Below are positions 1 to 14,169 of a DNA stretch of 64,000 bases, piece after piece. The translations under genes were made by a program, and so were the position numbers. Position 1 is the first letter of the stretch; every line of letters begins with the position of its first letter. This DNA comes from Octopus sinensis (lineage: Eukaryota), in NCBI RefSeq assembly GCF_006345805.1, contig NC_043009.1:14756001-14820000 (forward strand), written 5' to 3'. The notes beneath the pieces are model-generated. The model was not told the origin of the DNA and did no database searches. It saw only the letters and a program-made list of their open reading frames with translations.

Positions 1-61
1 ATTTCCTTTTCATTCATCGCGGACAAGATGCCATTAAATGATTTGTATATATGCGTGTGAA

Positions 62-389
62 GGCGCATGGCTCAGTGGTTAGAGCGTCGAGCTTACGATC
101 GTGAGGTTGTGAGCTCGAATCCCGGACCGGGCTGCGTGTTGTGTTCTTGAGCAAGACACCTTATTTCACGTTGCTCCAGTTAATGAGCAAGTTAATGAGT
201 TGCGACGTCACAGGTGCCAGGCTGTATCGGCCTTTGCCTTTCCATTGGATAACACTTGTGGCATGGAGAGGGGAGGCTGGTATGCATGAGCGATTGCTTG
301 TTTCCATAAAACAACCTTGTCCGGATTGTGCCTGGGAGGATAACTTTCTAGGTGCAATCCCACGGTCAGTCATGACCGAAGGGGATCTC
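62..389 (+). mobile_element. tRNA-derived SINE
   Basis: 5' tRNA-like head with A-box TGGCTCAGTGG and B-box-like GCTCGAATCC, followed by a non-tRNA body (GTGTTCTTGAGCAAGACAC...). No complete acceptor stem. Confidence 0.8.
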
Positions 390-1651
390 AAATATATGCG
401 TGTGTAGCATCTGGTATTTATACTGTGAACGAACAGGTTTGTAACTTTTCTATAGGCACTTGCTACTGAGCATGTCTTTGTTATTGGTTTATGCACTTGT
501 GGGTGAAGCCCTTTTGTGTGCTTATAGTAACCCATATTTATATGTGCACATTTTGCCAAATGGCAAGTCGACATTGAGTAATTTCCCGTATTGTTTTACA
601 AAGTGGATCACCAATATTCTTCATGATGATCCCTTTATTCGGCCTTCTTTAATAATACAGGAAGAACTTTTGTGCCAGTGTGTTAAGCACTGACTAATCA
701 TGTGCTCTAGCCCAATCTTCAGTTCTGAAAGCAATCCATTTTATTATATGCTCTCCTTCCCCGATATATGCCACTTCACGCTACGAATCCGCAGGGAATG
801 CTTTTAATTGCTGTTTGGAGTGCATAAGGTAATTTTCTATAGCTTTTATACATACAGGCAAGGTATTATAAAATTTCCCTCATCTGTGTGAGCTAGCCAT
901 CTGCATAGAAGCATGCGCATTCATGACATAATATTAATATAATACCCGCTTCTCTTTTTAATGTTTCATATATAGTATCCAGCAATAGAAAAGATCACAG
1001 AAAACGTCAATTTCGAAAGTCTACGCACGAATACTTACATTATCATTGTTATTCTTTATGTCATGATTGTTTACAAATTGCTGTTTTCTACCAAAGCGTA
1101 ATGAAAATTCATGTATATTTGCTAATTTTTGTTCTTGTAATGTGTTTATCAGCTGTCTTGCCTGTTTGTTGCTACTTTTCTTGGGATGTTTCCAATATCA
1201 TCTGATTTGAAATTAAACATTGTTCTATTTTATTATGTGATTGCACAGCACATCTTTCATATCCTTGCCTCGATGGTGAAATTTGTCTGTCAACTGATGG
1301 TTAAATGCTTGCCGGAAGGACAAGGTATTGTTCTTTTCGTGTTTTATGGACTTAATTTCTCACAAGCTTTACACACCACCTAGGACTTGGATAACTTTAG
1401 TATGTACACTTATGTTGCTAACACTCAGTTTAAGTGTTATGTTAGATCACAACGTCATTCAGCACCACCCCATCCCACCCGTTTAGTCCAGGCTTTGAAA
1501 ATTTACTTAGTACCGCATTTCTCCGTCTCTTTCTAAGTCATTAAAAAAGTTTCAGATTATAAGTCAGTGCAATTAATATTCATATTTCTTGGCATCGACT
1601 CCTGCCTAGAAGTTTCCTTTGTAAAAGTAAGGTGTGATGTAGCAGTAGTAT

Positions 1652-1833
1652 TAAGTTAAGTTAAGTTAAGTTAATTTTTTGGCTCAAAAAGCAAAAGCAA
1701 TGCCATGTAGGGGGACATGGAGTTATGTACAGGGAGGGTGTTCAGGCCATTTCTGGTCAAGAGAGACTTTGAACCGAACGGTCGTCGGCATCTTCACTAT
1801 CTCGTCCGGCAGCTTATTCCACGGATCCGCAAC
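1652..1833 (-). mobile_element. CR1-type LINE 3' end, 5'-truncated
   Basis: Minus strand translates VADPWNKLPDEIVKMPTTVRFKVSLDQKWP (WNxLP...FKxxLD, C-terminus of CR1 ORF2), then a short 3' UTR and a (TAACT)n tail at 1652-1673. Confidence 0.75.
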
Positions 1834-4800
1834 CAATGATTTGATTACATATCATCCCAACGGATTGAGATGAAATCGTCGTAGATTATTGCATTATGAG
1901 TTGTTCTGGTTAAGACAAATAATAAAGGTCGTCCTGCATTCTTGACATATTCAAGGATTGTTAGAGACTTCAAGCATACGCACATCAGTCACTATGGCTG
2001 TCCTCATCTGTAAGTGATGCTGGTAGTTATAAGCTGAAAACGAGAACTTACACGTAGTCGTGACTGATAGGAACTGGAAGCCAAGTCACGTTACCACCGT
2101 AATTATTTTACAGCATGTTGTATAATTGTCATAGAGATGATATGTCTCTCTAAGAGGAGTCGCCACAATCACAACAGCAGCAGCAGTCGTCGGCGTAGTA
2201 GTAGTAGTAGTAGAAGTAGTGGAAGTAGTGGCAGCAGCAGCAGTAGTAGTAGTAGTAGTTGTAGTAACTTTATTGACGGAAAGTTCTAGTTAAATTGACG
2301 CATAGGGGAATGTATTGTAAACTGCACTGAGATATATAATCGACAGAACGAGTGCATATATCTGTTTTACATCAAACATGATATGCATTGTTTTGAATTT
2401 ATAATCCCCGGGTCGATTTAAACAAAACGAATAAGCTAACTTATGGTGAAATATTTTGTAGCTTAAGTGTTTTATGTATTTGCAAAGATAACAGAAAATA
2501 CATAATAGATAAGACTTAAACAAAAGGTCTGTAACAAATATTATTTGTATTGTTATTTTAGCAATAGTTGATGTGTTTTTTTTCTGAGACATCATCTATT
2601 ATCAGTCCTAAACTTAATAGTTATGTACAACTATTTAACGAATGTTAGGAATTTTAATTATTGCTATACATAGTATTATACACATAAATATTAAAAACTA
2701 TACAACGTGACTTCTCGTTTGATCATTTAGCGATTTCTTTCTCAATTGGTTTTCTATTTAATTAAGAGAAAGTTTATTGACAGATCAAAAGAATATAATT
2801 AATTCTCTGAGAAAAGAAATCAATGGTAAAACATTTAAAATTCCAATATTTGGTGCTGCTGACATTGACTGGCTTTTAATTCTCCATTCTATCTAGGTTA
2901 TGCTAAAGAGTTTTCCAAATCAATTAACACGATGTGTTTGGCACGCCGGTGAACCCTCTGTACATGATAACACATTTGTTAGTCACATCACAAAATAACC
3001 GTGAAAGAGTTTCAAAAGTAATGTTTGTGTCTTTATTTCCATGAGATTTTCAGGTGAAAGAATATGCATACATTTCTGTAATAAGTACTTGGCTGCTACA
3101 ATGAGATTTTGGCTTACAGTTATTCAGTCACAAATTAGAATCACACCCCCGCGTGGAACCATTTAAAATATTTACGATAATATTCTATTCACATGCATCA
3201 AGAAACTTCAGCTTTATTGCCTTAACACTGTAAATACAAGATATTTGGAGTGAAGCCGGTAGAGGTAGCATGACCGGTAACGAGCATGTTGTTTGCGATA
3301 AGTTGACAAAACACCAGAAATAAAATAGGCAGCTTCTGTATATTTAATTGCTTATATAATGTTCGTGGTTGGTTAAGTCAGTTTACAATTACGACTTTAT
3401 ATTTGCTTTTCTTTATTCTTTCTGTTTTTCTTTTTTTTTACCACACATGCTATTAGAACTATTTGCAGTTATTGACTGCTGAAACTTTTCCAAAAAGTGT
3501 TTATTTGTATTCAAAACCCAACAGTTGATGACATACTGGCGCCGAGAAATCTCAAAGTTAAGAAAATAGAAAATATTGAATTGTTGACTGAATTCCACTT
3601 AAAACACTGATTCCAACCCCTACTTTAAGCAGTTCAAAATCCCCAAGAGCAACGAAAACAAATGTATGTCTTCAGAACACAAAATACCTTTTGATCATTG
3701 CATTTTTCCTATTTAATGGCAATAAATTTATCATAGGAAGAGGATTATCACATATGGACAACCCACGGTTAACCTTCTGCTTGTTATGGAAATTAGGTTA
3801 ACTGAATGTAGAATAAGATGTTTGCAAAGGAACTTTACATTTGAACTTCGACCATTGATGTGATATTTTAATGCCTCGTTGATTCTCCAATCAGTTATTT
3901 AATGACTGTGCAAATAACCAATTAAATATGTTTCTATATTACTCTTGTGTTCAACAAAAGTCCATTTTTTTCTGTTTATGACCATAGAGTATCGTTAATT
4001 TCAAGGATTTCTTCTTCTCGCAAGTTCATAAATTTCTGGTTTCCTATTAAGTTCGCGGTAAGTTTAACCCCGTCATTAATGACACAAGGGTAAAGCGAAA
4101 TGAATTTAATCTACAATAATACGTTATCAAATATAGACATCACCATTTATATATTATCACCATTTATATATTATAGTTACTCGTTGTTACTGATGACTGG
4201 CAAAACTTAATTACAAGCTTTCAGGATAAAACAAGAAAGAGTTAATTTTCAAGGTACGAGAACCAAAGTCGTGAGAGCGATTAAAAGTTTTCGTTCTTTA
4301 TTGTTCTAATGTGCTTATTTTGCCAATTATGAAGTTATAGCATGTATATAAGTTATAGCATGTGTATCATAGCATGTACACTATATGTCATAACGAATTG
4401 TTGCGATGGAATTAGCAATACAGATACAAAAGTAACTGACGACCATATAATCTCGTCCGTTCTTATACGAGATGCTGTGTCAGATGCGTAGCTTCATATG
4501 TAGAAATAGTAAACAATAAATTTATGGTAGACGAGGCACAAAACATAGTTATTTTGTATACATTAGAGTAGGCTTAAATCTATAATGGTTTACGTGGGGG
4601 TTTATTCACAAATTTGTTTCAGATTTGTTGACAATGTTAACAATACAGTATGAAGTATATACGTAATGCATATTCTCAATATTTATTGCATTACGATATA
4701 GAATTTTAGTATACACATATACACCAACACGCAAGAATTTAGCCCACATACACGTATGTGTTAAATTCACAGACTATATATATATTCATTCACACATCCT

Positions 4801-5402
4801 GGCATACGCATATATGTACATATAATGTATATTTACATATATATATGTATACATATATATATACATATATGTGTGCGTATGTGTCATTGGGTGTGTATGC
4901 ATACATACATATGTGCATGGATGTGTAAATGAATATATATATATATAAGCCCATACACACATATAATACAATATATGCAAACATATTAATGCTTAGACAA
5001 ATATGTGTGTCTATAAGCATGTATACACCCCCTCACACACACACAAACATACATGCATCTATATGTAATTACAGAAATAGTAACATTTATATGCAGTGCA
5101 TAAAATTTACGGGGGCGGCTAGAAATGAATTCCTTTGTTCCTTTCAAACGGAGATTCTATTGACTATAGATGCCGAATAATAGTTACGATAAGACGGATA
5201 ATCTCTTGGTGACATTCATAATAAGAATATACTGAATACGAGACAATGCATGATAGCAGCACATACATTACGCTTTCATAGTCTGTTGCTGGTACATTGT
5301 GACTAGTCATATAACAATATACATTCTAAATAAACATTTGTTATTTTTAGCACTAATATGTGCTATTCGCTTGAAATCTATATTACAATATTACATATTA
5401 GG

Positions 5403-5442
<40 letters not shown>

Positions 5443-6892
5443 ATATATATATATATATAACATATTTCTCGATTATATGGAGTGTAGTTTTCTGAAATCA
5501 TATTTTCTTATATATTTTGCGTTGTATAATATAGGATTCCATTAAAATTGGTAATTCAGTAATAAATATCAAATTTCCTGGGAAGCTTTACTACCCATCA
5601 GAATTCTATTGCTGCCTAATAGAAACCAGCAAAGATGCATACCTTAATTCCTAAAATGAAGATATAACGTCTTAATTGTTTTACCACACGTTTAACCATG
5701 CTTTTAAAGAATACTTAATTTAAAGAATACTGATGAAAGAATTAAATAATAACTACTTCCTTATTTTACATAAAATGTTCCAAATGTAAAACAGTAAACC
5801 TTTTTCTTATTAGGAAAAGCTACTTCATATTGTAACATAATATCACAATTTTAATTGCTAGCACTAATTTCTTTGGTGGTTGAATAATATGGACAAACAC
5901 GTTTACCAAAACAGGAGTGAAGTCTATTGCAGCTTATCTTTTCTGCAATTTGCAAAAATATGCTAAGCGTCGTATCAGTTGGTAACATATGGCAACAAAC
6001 TTCTTATTAAATTTTTATTAAACTTACTACTCCACTGTTTGCAACAATTGGTTATACGATATGCGTCTAGTTGTTGTGATAGTTTAGTATTAGTTTATCA
6101 TAAAGTGAGGGTTAAAATCCTTCTAATTACGACCCTCCCATCCATTGCCTCATACATATTATCAAATGCGTCTTCCTATTTATGTAGCACAATACTATGT
6201 AATAAGCAGATGGAGAAACGTTCGTTTACTCATTCTACCTGTTTATGGATAGGCCGACAAGGATATAGGAACTTGATTATATTAGTCTTATCCTACCTTT
6301 GTGCTGGTGATTGGTTACTAACTGCCGGCGCATCCGGGTGACATCTAGTACCATAGCCTACACTCTCTATAAAATAGAATGCAAGAACCAAAGAAATAGA
6401 ATTACTATACAATATCCCACGTGCGATTCAGAATTGCAAATCGGTGCAATTCTGATTTACAAAATATGAAATGGAATCAGGAAGATAAATGAAAATCACT
6501 GACTTCATCATACTTACCTTGATGTTTGTCGACTAGTCCTACGGCGCCGGAACTATCATCACCAAAAATTATACTCAAATAGAAAGCCCATGAACAGCAT
6601 ATACATTAAATTGAATGTTCCTAGATCACTGAATGAAATTCGGAACAGGTAAAAAAGTATGCTACCTGCGATTTCTCAGTTCGCAACCGCATTTCCCGTC
6701 CATGAATACGGCATCGATAATTTGGTTTTCGACGAACTCCCAACATTATTTGGAAGAGAACTCAATTCAACAATAATGAAGACATATATTAACCATAGAA
6801 GTTGGGAAAACAAAATGATGTTAAGCGAAAAAAGGGTCTCAAAACTTTTTTCAATTCAAACATCACAGAAATGAATGTAAACGAGAGAAAAA

Positions 6893-6901
6893 GGGAGAGA
6901 G

Positions 6902-6943
<42 letters not shown>
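6893..6943. repeat. (GA)n microsatellite
   Basis: Seen directly. Confidence 0.95.
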
Positions 6944-6946
<3 letters not shown>

Positions 6947-7791
6947 GGGATAGAGAGATACAAAAGAAGAGGGAGAGAATGCGACAAGAGTCTGCACATT
7001 CTTTCCAAGGTGGCAAATGATACCAAGATTGTCATTTGGCAACTATACAGACGTATTCTTCAGAAATCTACGAAAGAATATATTTTCGTAACTTCAGCGT
7101 AAAACGTTATTAACCAATTTAATCCTAGCGGTGCCATACGGCGCCGCAAGAAATGAATATAAATAACAGATTACAACAACAACGGGAACAGTAATTTCCA
7201 TGGAACATATATTGAACATGTTGGGAGAGTGAACATGTGTGCTTGTCAGCTAATTTGAAAAAATTTCTCAGCGGAAATGTGTACTCTAAACTAGTGAGTT
7301 ACTATTTGTTTGCTTATTCAGGGATATGGTCAAAATATATTGTATTTTATTAGAATAATATTGAAATACTTCTTTAGATATGCGAACAAATGAAATTAAT
7401 CCAGAAGATCTCCTGCAGTAACGTTTGCTTTGTTGAATTATTTTACGGTGCCATATGCCACCATTACAACTACACAGTACAACATGTGCAATTTCCTATA
7501 TTTTTGCTTCTTTTTCCTTGGAACATGGACTTTCAACTTTCAACTATAGTTTTCTCTTGCTGTACATGTTATTATTTCTACCAAGGCTGTTTATGCCAGG
7601 AAACTGTTATTATGTATGTATACAAGAAAAAAATATGTATGTCGAAACAATTTGTTGGCCTCCTATAGATTTTTAATAATTGTTTATATTATATAATATT
7701 ATATTATGTTATATTATATTCAGAGTATATCATGTAATATTGTAATATAAAAAAATTAATGGATTTTCAACAGCATCACTCTCATTTTACT

Positions 7792-7829
7792 TTATATATG
7801 TATATATATATACATATATATATATATAC

Positions 7830-7888
<59 letters not shown>

Positions 7889-7900
7889 AATATATATATC
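7792..7900. repeat. (TA)n microsatellite, one of many (also ~5405, 8310-8510, 10840, 12745, 22860, 25600-25870, 26340-26540, 35380, 49000)
   Basis: Seen directly. These tracts explain the many YIYI/HTHT pseudo-ORFs in the ORF track. Confidence 0.95.
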
Positions 7901-8315
7901 ATATGTATATATATGCATATATGCATATCACTATATACACATATGTATATGTCTGTGTGTAATTTATATACATTATTCAGGTATTTATTTATGTGAGAGG
8001 GAAAAGGAAAGAGAGTTTGTATAACTAAATATCTTTTAATAACTTAAGAGTTATGATGTACCTGTAGTTATTCAAAATCAAATGGATGCTTGAAGCATTT
8101 GTATTAATATAAAAGATGAAGTTATATAAGAAAAAATAAATTTATTTGTTCTGAATCATATTTATCGAACAAAATTGTGCCAGCAGGGTATTCCTCGTGT
8201 AATCTCTCTGGAGCTGTGGGTGTATTATATTCACACATACCTATAACCCCACCCATCCATACAAACGCACGCACATAAATACACACTCAACTATCTATCT
8301 ATGTGTGTGTATATA

Positions 8316-8366
<51 letters not shown>

Positions 8367-8427
8367 GTATATATGTATGTATAAATCTGTAATTGAGTAT
8401 ATGCATATTACATACATATATATATAT

Positions 8428-8480
<53 letters not shown>

Positions 8481-9646
8481 GTGTGTGTGTGTGTGTATGT
8501 GTGTGTTGTGTGTGTATGTATTTGTGTGGAAATATGGAAACAGAGAAAATAAAGTACAAGTGAAAGATATGGGGATGTATGTTACTGTGTCTCGATTTTC
8601 TGTTATAAAATATGTAAATCAAATATTAACATTTACGCAAAAGCTCACTACCGCAGTCGGAGCTCTCTAAATAAACATCAATGGAGACAGGCACACATGC
8701 ATATTGATGGCTTAGCACATCTACAGCTATTCAAACTGCGCATCATCAAACTCAATAAATATCAATGTAAACCACTACATTTTGCATCTCTCAATATGTT
8801 CTAAACTTCGGAAACTGCGGATGGATGATAATTGTTTTCTGTTTGAAATATCAGAAGAAAGATAACGTTCGGAAAATATAACTTATGTTGCAGGTTTCAT
8901 AATAGAAAGATATCGATTTTTTAAAATATCGCCAACAATATCGCGAATAACTTGAAATATTTTGATAAACATTTCTGCATTGCGAAGAATTTTAAAGGAA
9001 ATATAAATTTTCGCAAATGCATGTTAGAAGCGCAAATGTGTGGGATCCGAAAGCCTTTGGTGGAAATTCTTCAAAAGATGTCTTTCAATTGCTTTCAAAA
9101 AGTGAAATGTGTTGGATGTATTTCTACTTATAAAACATCATCATTACGTTAGATTTTGGGATGCACAACAAATCTTACTGCCTAAAAGGCAGAAAGATTC
9201 ATTTCACACACAAGTACGCGCACACATATTTCATGAAACGCACATACACATTTTATTAATATTTGGTTATTTCTCAGAAGCAAATAATGACATCCATTTA
9301 CTACATGTGGGTAGCTGAATAGTTCTTTCTTTGTTTCCCACTCACACGTGTTTATGCAAGTGGGACACACTTATATTATAAGACTGACTATGGCAATTAG
9401 TAACTTTCTTTTGGGGAGTCCTCACTTTTCGCTTTTGCCTCCCTTCAGCATCTTCTGGATTCAAACTCCATCTTCCTATAGTAGTCATCAACAGAAACGT
9501 TCATGAATAAAATCTCCCATGACTCGGGACTGAACTCTCGATTACTCCTATCGCTTAAACTTAATTACTTCTTAAAGTGAAGTTCCGTTAGGCTGAATTT
9601 CCTCGAGTACCATGAAAGCCGATTTAGTGTCATCTTAATACTTGAA

Positions 9647-10025
9647 GGCGCAATGGCCCATTGGTTAGAGCAGTGGACTCCCGGTATTAGGATCGCGATT
9701 TAGATTCCCAGACCGGGTGTTGTGAGTGTTTATTGAGCGAAAACACCTAGAGCTCCACTAGGCCGCGGCAGGGAGTGGTGTTGAACCCTGCTGTACTCTT
9801 TCACCACAACTTTCTCTATCGCTTCCTTCCCGTTTTTGTTGTACCTGTATTACAAAGGCCCAGCCATGTCACACTCTGCGTCAAGCTGAATCTCCCTGAG
9901 AACTACGTTAAGGGTACACGTGTCTGTGGAGTGGTCAGGCACTTGCACGTTAATTTAACGAGCAGGCTCTTCCGTTGATCGGATCAACTGGAACACTCGT
10001 CCTCGTAACCGACGGAATGCCAACG
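9647..10025 (+). mobile_element. tRNA-derived SINE
   Basis: GGCGCAATGGCCCATTGGTTAGAGC head with a degenerate B-box. The 3' body (CTGAATCTCCCTGAGAACTACGTTAAGGGTAC...GTAACCGACGGA) recurs at 54068-54203. Confidence 0.75.
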
Positions 10026-10838
10026 ATACGTAGACAAGTCACTCAGTCGTCGTTATGCATGTGTTAATTTTTTTCTTGTGCTCGTCTTCTTAAGTATGAA
10101 TGCATGTAAAACTTAGTCACACCAGGTATGCAAATAGGAGCTGCTAATAGGAACCTTTGAACAGTTCTCAAAGGACTTATTACTCTTTCTCTCTCTCTCA
10201 CTCTGTATATATATATATATATAAACGATTAGGTATACTATGTAAGTCCTGTAAATGAATACTGGCGCCCCAAGGTTATAGCCGAGGCAGTAGTTTATAA
10301 TATAATTGTTATATATATAATTGTTAATTCAAAATGTTATTGGGACATACCCGAGTATGGGATATTCTGTGATCGGAGACAAATAGAGAAAATATAGGGA
10401 AAATGAGAATGGTATATATTAATAGGATGACGACATAGAGAATAGGGGTAAAAGAATAAGGAGATGGAAAGAAAGAAGAAAAAAAGAAGCATAAAAGTTC
10501 ATAGTTCAACTTTCCAATGTTATAGAAACCAGAGTGTGAAACCAGAGCATAGAAACCAGGGCATGAGTTCCGCTAGTATAAGTTGGTATAATCTTTCACA
10601 GTAATAATAATTATTATTGCAATAATAAACGTGATTATACCTAAAATAGCGCGAAGAGAAACAGCTGTTAGATGAGATAATGACTTTTTTGTAATCAATC
10701 AATAAATGATAATTAATGTTTATCAATTATCAATTTTATCTCCATATTCTTATTTTCCTGATATATATAATTAGCTGCTTCACCAGTATTTTCTTTTACC
10801 TATAACCAGGAAATTATTTTCTACATCCACACGTGGGC

Positions 10839-10884
<46 letters not shown>

Positions 10885-10904
10885 TATATATACATATATA
10901 TCCT

Positions 10905-11043
10905 CCAGTGGATGCTGAAACGTTCCTGGATCAATATATTCCCCTCACGAATCCACACACTTAGTGCTGCGGCACTTTAGAACTCGAACAATTCGGTCCC
11001 TTTCGCGATTCCATTTAGTCCAGGAACTATTCAACGCCCCTCG
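10905..11043. mobile_element. Mariner-type MITE (~140 bp)
   Basis: Imperfect terminal inverted repeats (GATGCTGAAACGTTCCTGGA / TCCAGGAACTATTCAACGCCCCTCG) with TA after the right end; no coding capacity. Confidence 0.5.
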
Positions 11044-11288
11044 TACACACACACACACACACATACACACACACACATATACACCCCCCACACACACACA
11101 AACACACTACAGTTATAATTAACGTTTCGATGTAAATTTAAAATATTAAAAATTTAAATTGCGTTTAGGTTATATCCCGAGTAGTTTGCTGGCAAAGCAC
11201 ATTCACTATTTACGGCTACCTGGTGTCATCCACAGTAATTACACAATCGTCGCTGAATCTATAGATATACGTTAGAAATTCCTCACAA

Positions 11289-11526
11289 GGCGGTTAGCTG
11301 GCAGAAACGTTAGCACACCGGTCGAAATGCTTAGCGATATTTCGTCTGACGCTACGTTCTGAGTTTAAATTCCGCCGAGGTTGACGTTGCCTTTCATCCT
11401 CTCGGGGTCGATTAAATAAGTACCAGTTACGCACTGGAGGCGATATAATCGGATTAATACCTTTATATGTCCTTGTTTTTGTCACCTCTATGTTTAGCCC
11501 CTTGTGGGCAATAAAGAAATAAGAAA
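11289..11526 (+). mobile_element. SINE with a conserved central domain
   Basis: GGCGGTTAGCTGGCAGAA head, GAGTTTAAATTCC B-box-like motif, body GCCTTTCATCCTCTCGGGGTCGATTAAATAAGTACCAG and an A-rich repeat tail. Confidence 0.75.
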
Positions 11527-12739
11527 TGTTAGAAATCCCTTAGTCCACATTGAGTAGAAACAATTGATACGTACAATAGTACATAATGGAAATTTATATA
11601 TATATGAATATCACTTCCAGTAATTCATAAGAAATCAGGTCCGTCAGCGTGTATGATTCCACCAACTGGATAGACAAAGTCATAATGGGTTGAGAGTGAA
11701 TAATCTATGATACTTTATTTGTGTAATTCTGAATTCATTTAGTTTCCAGCGATACGATTCATAGTCGAATCCTTGGTTTCGATTCAACTATAATAAATAT
11801 GAGTTGGATGGCGTTAAAGTTTACAACAATTGTTTCGCTAGAAATTTATTATTCACTCAGAAAATTTATTATGCACTCATATTACATATACTTACATCTC
11901 CTGAGGGAGCCATTCCTATTCTCAGCAGCATGTGTTAGTGAAGTCTTGGAAATCAACGTCAGTCCACCAAAAACAAGTTCAAGAGCGGTAAATCAATTAA
12001 GTATCGTCGAGAAGGGGAACAGGTGTGAGAGAGAATACGAATCTGACTTACGGTCTAACACAAAAATAATCTAGAGAAGCAAGCTTTATAAAGACACACA
12101 GGCATCAAATGATTTAGGTCCTTCGATGGAAACAAAGCATGCCACTTAACTTATATCATTTATACGTAAGTAATGATAAGTAATATAAAAATAGGATATG
12201 AAAATAATGAAAAAGCAATAGCACTAGCACACACAGAAAAGAAATTAGCCACCCTAAATCCACATTCAGTCGTTCACATGTAAATATACATATACGGATA
12301 AATGCATATAATGATGTAATAGTATACACAGACAACATATACCACATGTTTATACAGACATACTCCGATACAGATATACATGTAACATTACAGACCCATA
12401 TTTAGCGCTCAATATAAACGAAATAGAATATTCCTAAATCTGATTTCTAGTATATGTGTAAAAATTTACATGGAATTCATAACGCTTGCTCAAGTTTTTT
12501 TCCAAATATGGTGTGCTCACTCAATGTAATGCAGAAATAGTATATCTGAAATTTCAGCTTTCTAGGTGAAGTAGTTTCGTAGTTATGGTTCTTTTAAACT
12601 ATATTCTCTAGTTTGTTTATCTATGTATGTGTATATATGCATATATGTGTGTGTACGTTTGTGTATGTAAATATATAAATACATATGGTTGTATATGTGT
12701 ACATACGTGTGTATATGTGTGTATATGTATATGTATATA

Positions 12740-12819
<80 letters not shown>

Positions 12820-13031
12820 CGTATACTGACTTACATGTGTCTATATCTTCGTGTGTGTGCATCTAAACGCATTCGTATATACGTGGCCCATGCATACGTC
12901 TTTACATTTATATATGTATATCTGTATTTTTTTGTATGCATATATCTGTAATTGTACGACTGCGTGTGAATCTAGAGTGTGCAAGTGACATAGAAAACTG
13001 GTGGTGGGAACTGCTGATTGTTATGTGTGTT

Positions 13032-13033
<2 letters not shown>

Positions 13034-13072
<39 letters not shown>
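13034..13072. repeat. (ATT)n microsatellite
   Basis: Seen directly; flanks the R4/Dong fragment. Confidence 0.95.
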
Positions 13073-13074
<2 letters not shown>

Positions 13075-13075
<1 letters not shown>

Positions 13076-13566
13076 TTTTTTTCTTCTTTCAAATTTGCTT
13101 CCATTTCTTGCCGAGTGTCTTCCCGACTCCTAGGGCAAAGAAACTCATAGTATATATTGGTAGGCCATTAAATTAAACTCAATAGTTCGTTCATTTTTTT
13201 AAAGTTAAATTAAAATACATGGGTAGTAATAATTCTCACATCGACAATGCTCTTCTCAATACGTGTGATGTACCAGTTAAGACAATCTTTTGCACTTCTT
13301 GCAGGGATGGTAAGCCAGGGATCATTCTCATATAATTTTCGGTTCCCTTCTTGATCATTCCTAGTGCTCCTACGATCAATGGTATTGCAACCGCCTTCAG
13401 ATGCCACGTTTTCTCAATTTCAATGAGTAGGTCTTTATATTTTCTGAGCTTGTCAAACTCTTTCGCTGAGATATTATGATCACAGGGGATGCTCATGTCG
13501 ATCAATAAGCAAACTTAATTGTTTTGGTCTTTCACAACAATATCTGGTTTATTGGCCTTGATGGTT
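13075..13566 (-). mobile_element. R4/Dong-clade non-LTR retrotransposon 3' fragment (restriction-like endonuclease domain)
   Basis: Minus strand encodes TIKANKPDIVVKDQ...IDMSIPCDHNISAKEFDKLRKYKDL...IPLIVGALG...VLRRALSM (PD-(D/E)xK RLE; ORF 13236-13505). It is embedded in (TAA)n on both sides. Confidence 0.85.
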
Positions 13567-13589
13567 TATTATTATTATTATTATCATTT

Positions 13590-13661
<72 letters not shown>

Positions 13662-13663
13662 CA

Positions 13664-13702
<39 letters not shown>

Positions 13703-13708
13703 TTATTC

Positions 13709-13749
<41 letters not shown>

Positions 13750-13750
13750 G
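13567..13750. repeat. (ATT)n microsatellite
   Basis: Seen directly. Confidence 0.95.
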
Positions 13751-14169
13751 TATCAGTATTCTTAGTTATTTTTATTTTATAAGCATTCTTATTCTTATTC
13801 TTATTTTAGTATTATCTAAGAATTCTATTTGTTTACGTTATTATTTATAACCTCTTTATGTATTTGTAAATTAAGTTAAATGGAATGCGTTGTCACTATT
13901 CAAAGCATCCAAATCGTTCGCAGTGTAGTTTGATGCGCGTTTAATATGACCGCTGACCCTTTTCTGTCTTTATTATTAGTCTTACTACTTTCTCTTATCT
14001 TTGTGTTATACGGCAAATCAAATTTATATCTTCTATCACTCTATTTCCTCATCTCCTCGCTACTTGATTAGTTGACAGCTCTTGAACGCATACACTTGTT
14101 TTTTTATATCTTGCTATTCATCAATAAAATTTCAGTAGCTGATAAGCGAAGAAATATTTTACTAAGTTC

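Noticed and set aside
62-135. tRNA genes at SINE heads (also 9647, 41898, 51421)
   Set aside because: No complete cloverleaf or acceptor stem, and each runs into a repeat body.
10628-10672. Possible decayed hammerhead (GTGATTA...GAAA-CAGCTG-TT)
   Set aside because: The 3' half fits, but the core has two mismatches and stems I and II cannot be formed.
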